Source: Candidatus Latescibacterota bacterium (lineage in GTDB: Bacteria > Latescibacterota > UBA2968 > GCA-2709665). Taken from it: a stretch of 64,000 bases of DNA. Shown in pieces: positions 29,046 to 38,460 of the stretch; the first letter of the stretch is position 1, and each line of letters begins with the position of its first letter. The notes beneath the pieces were generated by a model. The model had not been told where the DNA came from. It worked only from the letters and a program-made list of their open reading frames with translations, and searched no databases. Position numbers and translations under genes: made by a program. The stretch spans positions 5,504,001 through 5,568,000 of the forward strand of contig OZ252100.1 in NCBI GenBank assembly GCA_965248435.1, given 5' to 3'.

Positions 29046-30827
29046 ATGCGCCAAAATGATGAATTGGACCCGAAGGTCGCAGAGGTCCGGCAATACCTGA
29101 AACAGGGTTTCCCGGACAGTGAAATAACCGAGCAATCCAGCCAAGAAAACACCACTGGTTTCGACTACGGGGCCTACACGTTCAAAGTGGATACTGGAAA
29201 GAAGACTCACCTTCTGCGAGTATCAGACGAATACCTTTCAGATACAAGAGCTCGTTGTATTTTCCGACAGATGCAACAACGCCAGATTGCCGAATCGATG
29301 AAGACTGTCGTAGGGCCAGTGGGATTTGTGTTACTAGACAAAAGACATGCCAAGATCAAGAGAAAACTGCCCAAGCATGATAACCGGATTACCAAGGCCC
29401 TTGAGGCATTCGGTATGCAGAGGTTCGGAGAAAGACACTCCATCGGGACGCGGGTGGAATACATATTTGGCGAGCGACACTTTAATGTCTTTGAGGATAG
29501 GAAATTTTCCGAGTGCTTGAGTTCATACATTGAGGCTTGCAAATATCTCGAGAATGAAGAAACATTAAATGTCAGCCAAGAAGAAGGCGAGGGATTCAGC
29601 AAAAACCCCCTTCTTCCGATTAGTGAGGAGGAGATTGACTCTGGACTCGATCTAAACTGTCCTGCCTTTTTCCAACTCTTTCGCGATCAAGATTTCACTC
29701 TCTTGGAAGACTCGCTTGGGAAATCCCGGTGGAACTTCGGGAGGGCGTATTTTCTAGCTGGCCAGTATGACAGAATCGAGGGCTGTCCTCAGTGGGCTGA
29801 CCTCGAAAACACACCCATTGAAATGCCGGGAGTGAGTGAATTTCAGCCCTTAAAGTGGGGTGAGGTAATTAATGCCTGCAAGACGTTTAGTGAAGTTGGC
29901 ATGCACGGAAACCACCCCAGCATGATGGAACTATATGTTCGAACCGCAAGAATTTGTTCCTCCCTAAAACGTCGTTCAGATACCTTGCCAACGATTCGCT
30001 TGACAGGCGAACAGGGATCTGGAAAGGAATTACTTGCGAAAGCCATTTGCAGGTTGTCGGATAGAAAGGATTTCAAAACTGTGGACTGCTCTCAGCTGCG
30101 AAGGGAAACGGCTCATAGCGAACTTTTTGGTCACGAGAGGGGGTCGTTCACGGGAGCGGAGTCGGAAAGAAAGGGCCTGCTCGATGTTGAGGAAGGAAGT
30201 GCAGTATTTCTAGACGAAATCGGGAAACTGGATGAGGACGTCCAGAAGATGCTACTCCGCTTGCTGGAATACGGCGAACTCCGGCGGTTTGGAAGCGACG
30301 AAGTGCGCAAGCTTCGCGATGTGTTGTTCGTCTCTGCGAGCAGAGAGGATGACAAAAGTCTTCTGCCCGATTTGGGTGAGCGGCTCGCAGGCGTTAAGAT
30401 GTCAATTCCTCCACTAAAAGAGCGACTTGAGGACGTCCCTTTGTTGGTAAACCACTTCTTACAGGAATGTGGTCCGAACCCCGTAGATGAGTATCGGTGG
30501 CCTGTTGCCTTCTGGTGCACAGATCAGGTCCGATCCTACAGACTCAGTGTGCGGGAGCTTCGAAATATGGTTCGTGATCTTGTGCTTCGGTTTGAACCGT
30601 TGCAGCCTCTTGGGAATTTGAGAATGACTCAAAAGCGGAAGGACCGACTCGAATCGCTTGAGGAGGTTGTGAGGAAGACAGTAGAGAAAGGCGAAAAACT
30701 CGAATCAAAAACAGCGTTGGCAAAGGCGGCGGGTGTCCCCAGGGACGTTCTCTATGATTCCGCCATTCGGCCTATAGTCAACAGGTGGACGAGTGAAGGG
30801 AAATTCAAGCGGAAATCCAAGTCGTAA
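29046..30827 (+). CDS. sigma54-interacting AAA+ transcriptional regulator (bEBP-like) with unrecognised N-terminal region
   Basis: GEQGSGKE Walker A, SELFGHERGSFTGA, VFLDEIG, QKMLLRLLE, IPPLKERLEDVPLL, VRELRN; C-terminal HTH-like segment. Confidence 0.85.
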   Translation: MRQNDELDPKVAEVRQYLKQGFPDSEITEQSSQENTTGFDYGAYTFKVDTGKKTHLLRVSDEYLSDTRARCIFRQMQQRQIAESMKTVVGPVGFVLLDKRHAKIKRKLPKHDNRITKALEAFGMQRFGERHSIGTRVEYIFGERHFNVFEDRKFSECLSSYIEACKYLENEETLNVSQEEGEGFSKNPLLPISEEEIDSGLDLNCPAFFQLFRDQDFTLLEDSLGKSRWNFGRAYFLAGQYDRIEGCPQWADLENTPIEMPGVSEFQPLKWGEVINACKTFSEVGMHGNHPSMMELYVRTARICSSLKRRSDTLPTIRLTGEQGSGKELLAKAICRLSDRKDFKTVDCSQLRRETAHSELFGHERGSFTGAESERKGLLDVEEGSAVFLDEIGKLDEDVQKMLLRLLEYGELRRFGSDEVRKLRDVLFVSASREDDKSLLPDLGERLAGVKMSIPPLKERLEDVPLLVNHFLQECGPNPVDEYRWPVAFWCTDQVRSYRLSVRELRNMVRDLVLRFEPLQPLGNLRMTQKRKDRLESLEEVVRKTVEKGEKLESKTALAKAAGVPRDVLYDSAIRPIVNRWTSEGKFKRKSKS

Positions 30828-31088
30828 CTGATTAAGAATTGTTGGTTCGTCTCATCAGAATCGTGGTGTTTCGCCTCAATATTGTTGGAAGCGCGTCGAG
30901 ATTTGTTGGTGTATTGTTTAATTTGTGGATTCACACCGGAGGCAAAACGAATAAGAATATGCAAATAAACGTCTTATAAAGACAACGATCTGTTGGTCTA
31001 CGGTTTGATATGCTACGGCCCGGGAAATGTAAGTTCCCGGGTTTTTTCTTTTGCCCTCAAGTTCCCATTTCACTGTTACACAGGATCG

Positions 31089-31301
31089 ATGATGCAAAAA
31101 CTCTATCTGATTAGCTCCGCAGCAAGACGTGCCGGTGTCTCCCCGGATACAGTCCGCAACTACTGTCTTCGTGGGAACCTTCATCCCATTCGCGATAGCG
31201 CCGGGCGGCGACTGTTCACGGACCAGAACATTAAACGGATCCGTGAGATTTACCTGGAAAATGCAGGTCGTAGCTGCGCTGTCACTGGAGGCGGACAGTG
31301 A
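31089..31301 (+). CDS. MerR-family / excisionase-like HTH protein
   Basis: ISSAARRAGVSPDTVRNY...RDSAGRRLFT. Confidence 0.8.
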   Translation: MMQKLYLISSAARRAGVSPDTVRNYCLRGNLHPIRDSAGRRLFTDQNIKRIREIYLENAGRSCAVTGGGQ

Positions 31302-31432
31302 TGGCGGAGTTTCGGGAGTCGGCCACCTGTAAAATCATCGCGAGCTTCATCGTCAAAGCTCATCGTCGTAACAAGGTTAACCAGAAGCAAGGGACTCAAG
31401 AGAAACAGAACCAAGGGATGCGAGGAAAATGA
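31301..31432 (+). CDS. small hypothetical protein (43 aa), translationally coupled on both sides
   Basis: MAEFRESATCKIIASFIVKAHRR...; TGATG overlap with the upstream stop and ATGA overlap with the primase start; absent from the ORF track. Confidence 0.5.
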   Translation: MAEFRESATCKIIASFIVKAHRRNKVNQKQGTQEKQNQGMRGK

Positions 31433-33537
31433 GCCTACTTCAACACCACCTAGAAGACTTACTGAAATCCGGTCTCTCAGACGCCACTATCAAGGATTCT
31501 GGCTGTAGGTCTGCAACCCGAGAAGAGGCTAAGAAGATTCTGGGGTTTGACCCGGAGAGTGACGCCATGGTCTTCCCATACTACCTGGACAACGGTCATA
31601 CTTTCCTCAGGTTCAAACCCGACGTTCCCTACCGCGCACCAAATTGGGAGAAGCCGGCGAAATACTTGACACCAAAGGGAGCATCCAACCATCTCTACAT
31701 TCCGCCGAACCTTGATACGGAAGCCCTGCAAGACCCTTCAACTTCATTGCTCCTGACCGAAGGTGAAAAGAAGGCCCTGGCAGCCAACCAGGAGGGCTTT
31801 CCGTGCGTCGCTTTCGCTGGAGTGTGGTGCTGGAAGTCGAGAGATAAAGAGACGAGAGAGAGCTGGCCTATTGCTGATCTGGACCGAATCGTGTGGAAGG
31901 GGCGAGCGGCATACATCGTGTATGACTCCGACACTGCTCATAACTGGAATGTCAGGCTTGCGGAATGGAAACTTGCAGAGCACCTGGAGAGCCTGGACGC
32001 TCTTGTCAAGATCGTTCGCTTGCCGAGCGGCCCCAACGGTGAGAAACAAGGTCTTGACGATTTCTTGGTGAGTGCAGGCCGTGACCGGTTTGAACAACTT
32101 TTACTTGAGGCTGGTGATCCTGTGGAACCTGTAAGTGATTCTTGGCGTCCCTGGTTCAAAGTCAGTAAACGGGGTAGAACTCTCCTTCCTGGGGTCCTTG
32201 CCAGTATTCTGGCAGAGACAGAAAGGGCTGCCGAGGACTGGGACAAATGGAGGAAAGAAGGTAAGCCTGTAGATGTGGTAATGGACGAAATCAGAAGAAT
32301 AGCAGATGGAGCTTCGATCATCTTCGCTGCACGAGAGTTCTACATCTATACCCCGTCGAAGCCCGGTGTTTGGATGCCGGCGGACCCTGAGATCGTGAAA
32401 GGATGGGTCACAGAGATTATCGGTTCACACTTTGCCCGTATATCGGGTATACGCGATGTGCTGGAGCAGCTGCAAGGTTTGGCATTTCGCGATTCATCGG
32501 CCCTCAATAGTGAGTCTGGCTACCTCAACCTCCGAAATGGAATGCTGAACCTTGAGACTTATGAGCTTGAAAGTCATCGGAAGGAAGCGTATTCCACAAT
32601 CCAGCTAGACGTGGTGTTTGACAAGGAGGGCGACTGCCCCCGTTTCAAAAAGTTCCTAGACCAAGTCATCGTTGACGAAAACATGCAGCCTGATCGAGAA
32701 GCACAGGCCGTAGCGCAAGAGTTCGCGGGATACTCGTTAACAACAGACACTCGACACGAGAAAGCCCTCCTGTTGGAGGGAGACGGCTCAAATGGCAAGT
32801 CGGTACTACTGGGAATCCTGGAGAAACTGGTCGGCCGCGGGAACCTCTCGTGTGTGCCTCTTGAGCGGCTCGACGACCAGTTCCGTCTTGCGCAGTTGCA
32901 TGGCAAGCTCCTGAACTTGGCCGCAGAAGTCCCAGCCAGGGGCAGAAATATGATCAACGCAGATCTATTCAAGCAGATTGTTTCCGGCGATCTCGTGCAG
33001 GCCGCGAAAAAGTTCAAGCCGCCCTTCACGTTCCACCCGGTGGCGAAGCACATCTTCGCGATGAACACGCTGCCCCGGATTTACGACACCTCCCACGGAT
33101 TTTGGAGAAGGATCTTGGTTGTGAGGTTCCGCCGGACGTTCTCCGAGCCCGAGCAGGACAAGGACCTGGCTGCCAAACTGGGAGAAGAGATGCCGGGGAT
33201 CCTGAATTGGGCACTAGCGGGGCTTTGCATGTTGCGAGAACGGGGTCGGTTCACCGACGCGCTCTCAGTCCGGGAGGTCACGGAGGAGTTCCGAAGGCAG
33301 TCCAATCCTGTGTCGGCATTCGTTGAGGAATGTTGCGAGGTTGGGGATCCAGAGTGGTGGACGTCGTCAACAAAGTTGTATGATGCCTACAAGGCGTGGG
33401 CTGACGAGAACGGCCTGAAACCGCTCGCCTCGAATTGGTTCGGGCGGGATCTTCCTCGCCACGATACTCGGATACACAAGTCCAAGGCCCAGGGCGAACG
33501 TGGATGGGAAGGGATAAAGCTCATTTTTGGACAGTAA
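31429..33537 (+). CDS. DUF3854 (TOPRIM) primase fused to P4/D5-family SF3 helicase
   Basis: LTEGEKKA, GVWCW, VYDSD, GLDDFL; NLRNGML; GDGSNGKS Walker A; NTLP...GFWRR. Confidence 0.9.
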   Translation: MSLLQHHLEDLLKSGLSDATIKDSGCRSATREEAKKILGFDPESDAMVFPYYLDNGHTFLRFKPDVPYRAPNWEKPAKYLTPKGASNHLYIPPNLDTEALQDPSTSLLLTEGEKKALAANQEGFPCVAFAGVWCWKSRDKETRESWPIADLDRIVWKGRAAYIVYDSDTAHNWNVRLAEWKLAEHLESLDALVKIVRLPSGPNGEKQGLDDFLVSAGRDRFEQLLLEAGDPVEPVSDSWRPWFKVSKRGRTLLPGVLASILAETERAAEDWDKWRKEGKPVDVVMDEIRRIADGASIIFAAREFYIYTPSKPGVWMPADPEIVKGWVTEIIGSHFARISGIRDVLEQLQGLAFRDSSALNSESGYLNLRNGMLNLETYELESHRKEAYSTIQLDVVFDKEGDCPRFKKFLDQVIVDENMQPDREAQAVAQEFAGYSLTTDTRHEKALLLEGDGSNGKSVLLGILEKLVGRGNLSCVPLERLDDQFRLAQLHGKLLNLAAEVPARGRNMINADLFKQIVSGDLVQAAKKFKPPFTFHPVAKHIFAMNTLPRIYDTSHGFWRRILVVRFRRTFSEPEQDKDLAAKLGEEMPGILNWALAGLCMLRERGRFTDALSVREVTEEFRRQSNPVSAFVEECCEVGDPEWWTSSTKLYDAYKAWADENGLKPLASNWFGRDLPRHDTRIHKSKAQGERGWEGIKLIFGQ

Positions 33538-33652
33538 TGGACAGCATGGACAGTACCCAACCTATTGTAGTGGTTTTTTTGAAAAGAAGCAGAGAAAGAG
33601 TATAAAAGAAGTAATAGATAGAGAAATGCTGTCCATGCCGTCCTGTGCCGTC
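33528..33652. repeat. putative iteron-type replication origin
   Basis: TGGACAG x3 (33528, 33538, 33547), an A/T- and purine-rich spacer, then inverted copies CTGTCCA, CCGTCC, CCGTC. Confidence 0.6.
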
Positions 33653-33666
33653 TGGAGATAGAAATT

Positions 33667-34224
33667 ATGGCGATCCCTGATTTCCTACAGAAGTTTGTGA
33701 ACACGGTTGAGCCTGAACCGCCTGAGCCGTTACATCTCGCTTCCACCGCTGTCCCCCTGAGTGAGGGCAAAGGGCCTGTGAGGGTTTATTCCCGGATTCT
33801 GGATACGGAGGTATGCGTCATCCCTGATGATTGGGAGCAGGAAATGGATGCGCCTTCCTACACGCATTCCGAGCTGGAAAGGCTGAACCAGTTTAATGTC
33901 TCAGCGGAGGAACTTCGAGACATCCACCGGATAAGAGAGGAGTTGGGCGGGGAGATTGTTGATCCTGAGGACGGAATCCTAGAAAAGGATTGGAAGGCCA
34001 GGGTACAAAGGAGACTTGATCAACTATTCAAAAAATATCGGCATTCTCCCGCACCAACCCGGGACGAGGAAGAAAGATCCAACTATGTCTACACCGCCCC
34101 TGAAGCCGAAGGATGGAGCACGCACAGATGGGGACAGCCAGAACCAGTGGGTCGGGGGATCGATGAGGCTGCCGCGGTCGAAGACCTATATCTCAAAGAG
34201 AGCAAGGATGGAGAAGAGAAGTGA
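33667..34224 (+). CDS. hypothetical protein
   Basis: 185-aa ORF with GGAG RBS, directly after the putative origin. Confidence 0.65.
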   Translation: MAIPDFLQKFVNTVEPEPPEPLHLASTAVPLSEGKGPVRVYSRILDTEVCVIPDDWEQEMDAPSYTHSELERLNQFNVSAEELRDIHRIREELGGEIVDPEDGILEKDWKARVQRRLDQLFKKYRHSPAPTRDEEERSNYVYTAPEAEGWSTHRWGQPEPVGRGIDEAAAVEDLYLKESKDGEEK

Positions 34225-34455
34225 TCTACACAGAGAACTCGCAATCAACACATCACATTTCAATGTTTTGGAGGTGGAAAGCCAATGCGACCCCGACTGC
34301 CGCCTAAGATAGGATAACACAAGAACGAAGCCGCGAACTTTAGCGAAAGTTGGGCAGGGTCACCAACCTTCGTTGCGGCCCTGCCCACATAGAGTGAAGA
34401 TCCTCATAGATCGATACACTCGCAAACTAAAGGACGGGTGAAACAGAGAAACGCC

Positions 34456-35055
34456 ATGGGCGCAAAGAAACAGAGAACCTATCACGAATCCATCAAGGCC
34501 GCAGTCGTTGCGGATCTGGTGCTCCATAAAGGCTCAATCAGAGAGATCGCCGAGCGTCACAAAGTTGAAGCCGGTACCGTGCGGCAGTGGAACACCACGA
34601 TACGAAAGCAGGTTGAGCTGATCATGGGGCTGGTGAGCCAGAAGGTCGCCCGCGGAGATGAGGATTGGGAGAGAGAACTTCCAAGGCTGCAAATTCGTGC
34701 GGAGAAGGGATTCTGGAGACATTTCGTAAACTCAATCGAGGCCCTCGAGGTAATATCGGAGGTGAGCAAAGATAAAGACTGGCTCAAAGCACAAACCGGA
34801 GCTGAGATTTCCCCCATTTATGACCGTCTTGAAGGATCCGTGCTCAGGACTATGGCTGGACAGGAACGGAGAGCACGGGAACTTGCAGAGCGAGAGGCGG
34901 CTGGCAGAGAAGCAGGCGAGCGCGGGTCAGGTGCCGTACCAGAAGTGGGTGGCGGAGAACCTGAAGATCATCAGCGAAGAGGGGCAACTGATCCCGCTGG
35001 TCTACACGTCGAGTCAGAGCAAGATCAACGAGACGTGGGACAGAGCGAAGACTGA
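34456..35055 (+). CDS. putative terminase small subunit (N-terminal HTH)
   Basis: SIREIAERHKVEAGTVRQW HTH; lies directly before and overlaps TerL. Confidence 0.55.
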   Translation: MGAKKQRTYHESIKAAVVADLVLHKGSIREIAERHKVEAGTVRQWNTTIRKQVELIMGLVSQKVARGDEDWERELPRLQIRAEKGFWRHFVNSIEALEVISEVSKDKDWLKAQTGAEISPIYDRLEGSVLRTMAGQERRARELAEREAAGREAGERGSGAVPEVGGGEPEDHQRRGATDPAGLHVESEQDQRDVGQSED

Positions 35056-36658
35056 ACAGGAGCACCTGCGCCTGCTGATCCTGAAGTGCCGGCGCATCCG
35101 TGCATCTACGTGCGTGGCGTCTAGGGTTTTCGAGCGCGGCCTGCGGTCTGATTTGAAGGGGCAGGCTCTAACTCTGGCAAGCGATGAGCGGATCACCGAT
35201 GAGTTGTATTGGATCACTCGAAGATTCCGTGATAACCTCATGGACTGTCCGCCCCAACTCTACTCCAACCGCAAGGAGATCATCTTCGCACCGCCGGTGG
35301 ACTTTAGGTTCACCTACCAGGCCGGGCATGAATACGCTGGAACGGCAGCCACCCTGCACGTAGTTCACATCACCGAGCTTGCCAAGTGGCGAGATGCACA
35401 GACCACGATGGGCGCGCTTATGCCGGCGGCTTGGAAGGCAGACGTTGTTGTTGAATCCACGGCCAATGGAATGCTGGGTAAGGGTGAATACTTCTACAAC
35501 ATGTGCAAACGTGCTATGGCCGGAGAAAACGAATGGGAATTTTTGTTCATCCCTTGGTTTGAGCACGATGAGTACCTGATTCCGGCTTCGCAGGCTCGGT
35601 TCGACCGAATCATGGATGAACCGTTGGGAGACGAGGAGCGGGCGTTACAAGACGCCTATGACTTGACCGATGAGCAACTTGCTTGGCGTCGGAACTTCAT
35701 TGCCACGGATTACTCTGGTGATGTTGATATGTTCCGCCAGGATTTTCCCTCTAGCATCGATGACGCGTTTCTGCGAGTCGAGGGCCGCAGAGTCTTCCCG
35801 ATCCAAACGTGCCGCATCAACAAACTCAAATCCGCAGAGCCCAAAGCCGTTGGGCGGCTGTATTGGAAAGTGAAGCCGGTGCTCGATTCGTCTGGCAAGT
35901 GTGTGAATAGGAAAGACCTGGAGGTAGAGTTCGGGCACGACGAGAACGGACCCCTTAGGGTGTGGGCTTTCCCTCCCACGGAAGATGAAGTGATTACACA
36001 CAGATTTGTTGGCGCCGCCGACATTGCGCGAGGGGTTGAAGGCGGGGACAGTAATTCCGCAGTGATTCTTGACAGGTTCCACCACCGCATCGTCGCTACA
36101 TGGCACGAACTCTGTGATGCGTCGCTTTTCGGGGAATACCTAGCGCGATTGGCCGTCTGGTATGGGGCCGAGATAGCCCCAGAAAACAACGATGCCGGCC
36201 ACGCCACGGTGGTCAAACTATTGGACTTGCTGGGGAGCGATGGTGCGTGGGCAAGTCGAAAGTATGAACCCGGATCCAACCTCAAGGAGTTCGAGGCAGC
36301 GAAGTGGGGTTGGAAGACTACACACGCAAACCACGAGCTCATGGTTCAAGGGCTTCTCGACGTGATCCGGGAAGACCAATGGGTAGACCCAGACGAAGCC
36401 TTTTGGACAGAGGCGATAAACGTTGTCCGGGAGCCATCGGGCAAAGCTCACATTACGGGGATGGACAGGGTTGCATGCAGGTGCATCCTTGCGATAGTGG
36501 ACAGGCTGTTGCCGATGGCCAAATCAGGGACGGAAAAAGTGGAGAGAAAGGACTCCTACAAGAAAAAGAGGAGGCTTTCTGATGAAGAGGAGAGGGCAAG
36601 AAGGATTATGAAGACGATTGGGATCAGACCGTATAAGCGGGATTGGAGGGCGATGTGA
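34820..36658 (+). CDS. phage terminase large subunit
   Basis: LILKCRRIRAST (Walker A-like), HITE (Walker B), VESTANG, FIPWF, AADIARG..GGD and APENN RNase H-like nuclease motifs; true start may be TTG 34883. Confidence 0.85.
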   Translation: MTVLKDPCSGLWLDRNGEHGNLQSERRLAEKQASAGQVPYQKWVAENLKIISEEGQLIPLVYTSSQSKINETWDRAKTEQEHLRLLILKCRRIRASTCVASRVFERGLRSDLKGQALTLASDERITDELYWITRRFRDNLMDCPPQLYSNRKEIIFAPPVDFRFTYQAGHEYAGTAATLHVVHITELAKWRDAQTTMGALMPAAWKADVVVESTANGMLGKGEYFYNMCKRAMAGENEWEFLFIPWFEHDEYLIPASQARFDRIMDEPLGDEERALQDAYDLTDEQLAWRRNFIATDYSGDVDMFRQDFPSSIDDAFLRVEGRRVFPIQTCRINKLKSAEPKAVGRLYWKVKPVLDSSGKCVNRKDLEVEFGHDENGPLRVWAFPPTEDEVITHRFVGAADIARGVEGGDSNSAVILDRFHHRIVATWHELCDASLFGEYLARLAVWYGAEIAPENNDAGHATVVKLLDLLGSDGAWASRKYEPGSNLKEFEAAKWGWKTTHANHELMVQGLLDVIREDQWVDPDEAFWTEAINVVREPSGKAHITGMDRVACRCILAIVDRLLPMAKSGTEKVERKDSYKKKRRLSDEEERARRIMKTIGIRPYKRDWRAM

Positions 36659-36895
36659 AGAGTACAAGATTGGAAACTGTGGGGCGGATTTCATAATGAT
36701 TTGGGCGGCGGGTTAAGAGGGCTCCAAGCCTCCCACGGCGGCCAGACCAGCCAGGACAGCCAACCATAGCGAAAGAGCCTAGAAAGACTTTTCCTATGAC
36801 AAGATTCTTGTTTGGTGCGGTCATCACCAATTAGTCTCGCCTAAGCATTTATAAATAAATATGTTAAGCGAAATAGGTTCAATCTTGGAGACGGA

Positions 36896-36911
36896 AGGCA
36901 CGAGATTTGCA
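36896..36911 (+). promoter_or_regulatory. sigma54-type promoter upstream of the TAC triad
   Basis: AGGCAC-GAGAT-TTGCA with an AT-rich IHF-like tract at about 36843-36868. Confidence 0.55.
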
Positions 36912-36941
36912 AAGGGAAAGTCCCTAAGAATTTCGTTTGCC

Positions 36942-36970
36942 TTGCCGATTTATATTACATATAGTATACT
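36942..36970 (+). promoter_or_regulatory. sigma70-type promoter upstream of the TAC triad
   Basis: TTGCCG-N17-TATACT. Confidence 0.55.
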
Positions 36971-37050
36971 TTCTCTGTGAAATATTCCCCACCATTTTCA
37001 CGCATATCTAGGAGGATCTATATGAAAACACCTGCTCTGGGTAACCATGG

Positions 37051-37335
37051 ATGGCCAAACTTGATGATTTACTCGTAAGGTGGAAGCTGGACCCACCCAC
37101 AGATGCCCCAGTCAGAGATGTTTGGAAGGTTCTGGAGGCATATTTTGCCGAAGTTGGGTGGGGTAGGAGTAGCCATATCAAAGCCCGAGACTCAGCCCTG
37201 ATCCGCACCCCCGGCTGTGGGGTCACAGGAACGCTTGACATTCCTACTATAAAGGGGCGAAGGGTGGCCAAAGTCTATCTTAAGGCGATTGTGAGCGCAG
37301 TCGAAATAATAGAGACAGAGGGATCGTCACAATGA
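37051..37335 (+). CDS. HicA-like toxin
   Basis: 94 aa; KVLEAY...GRSSHI (catalytic His position)...IPT.KG..V.KVYLK; ATGA overlap with the next gene. Confidence 0.7.
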   Translation: MAKLDDLLVRWKLDPPTDAPVRDVWKVLEAYFAEVGWGRSSHIKARDSALIRTPGCGVTGTLDIPTIKGRRVAKVYLKAIVSAVEIIETEGSSQ

Positions 37336-37862
37336 AGCCCATTGAATATTACCTGAATCTGAACTACGGCATCGAGATCAAGCGGGTATCAGATGAGGAT
37401 GGTGGAGGCATAAGGGCATGCATTCCTAGGCTTGGCCGTTTCGCTGCGGTGGGACACGGCATAGATGTGATGGAGGCCCTTGGAGATCTTGAGGAAAGCA
37501 AAAAGGACTTGCTGGTGTATCACCTTGAGCACGATCTACTAATCCCAGAACCAGTCGATGAATTTGACGATTTGAGATCTTATAGTGGTCGATTCGTAGT
37601 AAGACTCCCATCAGACATGCATCGCCGACTTGCAGAATCCGCGAAGGCCAATAACACGACAATGAACCAGTACTGTACTACGCTTCTGGCTATGAATTAT
37701 CCCCTCGAACGGGTTAAGTCAGAAATCAAGGAGATGTGCGAAAGTGTCCGGGATGTTGTTGATCACATTTGGGATGATATACTAATCGTAAATGGGTATG
37801 AAGATGCCAAAGAACAGGACAAATCCGACGACCGCCCAGCCTTTGGAGTGCAAGCAGCCTAG
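37332..37862 (+). CDS. HicB-like antitoxin with RHH domain and C-terminal extension
   Basis: EYYLNLNY.IEI, IPEP, YSGRFVVRLPSDMHRRLAESA...MNQY; about 55-aa tail ending ...VQAA. Confidence 0.85.
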   Translation: MKPIEYYLNLNYGIEIKRVSDEDGGGIRACIPRLGRFAAVGHGIDVMEALGDLEESKKDLLVYHLEHDLLIPEPVDEFDDLRSYSGRFVVRLPSDMHRRLAESAKANNTTMNQYCTTLLAMNYPLERVKSEIKEMCESVRDVVDHIWDDILIVNGYEDAKEQDKSDDRPAFGVQAA

Positions 37863-38301
37863 TAGTGAGGGAACGGAGGAAGGGCTGTCTCCTAGAGAGT
37901 TTCGAGGCTACCTTGAAGGCATCGAATTGGTGGGGATCAGCCTCAAGAGCCTCTCGGCTCAAGTAAACGATGAGCTGCGCGGCGAGAGGGTTGGTGGTGT
38001 CAATTTCAAGGACTCCCAAGAATATGCGCAGTTCGAAGGTGGATTCAAAATCAGATACACTGGCACCTTGTCGGTTCGAGCTAAAAGGAAGGTCTTTGTA
38101 AAGATCCAGACCGTCTATGAGCTTGATTTTACCTCACGTGCGGATCTTCCCGATGGCTTTTTTCAAATTTACATGCAAGAATCTCTGCCTCTTCAGGTCT
38201 GGCCGTTTGTGCGTCAAACATTCTACGATATTACTGCCCGTATGAATCTCCCAACCCTGACACTTCCGCTTCGCAAAACGTCAGGAATCGGATCCCGCTA
38301 G
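37792..38301 (+). CDS. SecB-like chaperone
   Basis: VWPFVRQTFYDITARMNLPTLTLP matches the SecB signature (xPYxR..I...T...G.PP..LP); start uncertain. Confidence 0.75.
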   Translation: MGMKMPKNRTNPTTAQPLECKQPSSEGTEEGLSPREFRGYLEGIELVGISLKSLSAQVNDELRGERVGGVNFKDSQEYAQFEGGFKIRYTGTLSVRAKRKVFVKIQTVYELDFTSRADLPDGFFQIYMQESLPLQVWPFVRQTFYDITARMNLPTLTLPLRKTSGIGSR

Positions 38302-38341
38302 TTCATGTTCCTGATCCTTATCTTCCTGGATCATCCCCCGA

Positions 38342-38460
38342 TTAGCCGCGATGTTTCCGAACAGCACGAAGCAACGACAGTATCTCCCTCCTCAGCTCAG
38401 GCGGCGTCGCCTCAAATTCTTCCAGCCACCGGGCCCTGGCTCCGGCTGTAGGCGTAAATA
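38342..38460 (-). pseudogene. 3' remnant of a paralogue of the XRE repressor at 41432-41881
   Basis: Reads RWLEEFEATPPELRREILSLLRAVRKHRG-stop versus EWLEEFEATPPELRREILSLLRAIRKNYG in the intact gene. Confidence 0.85.
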
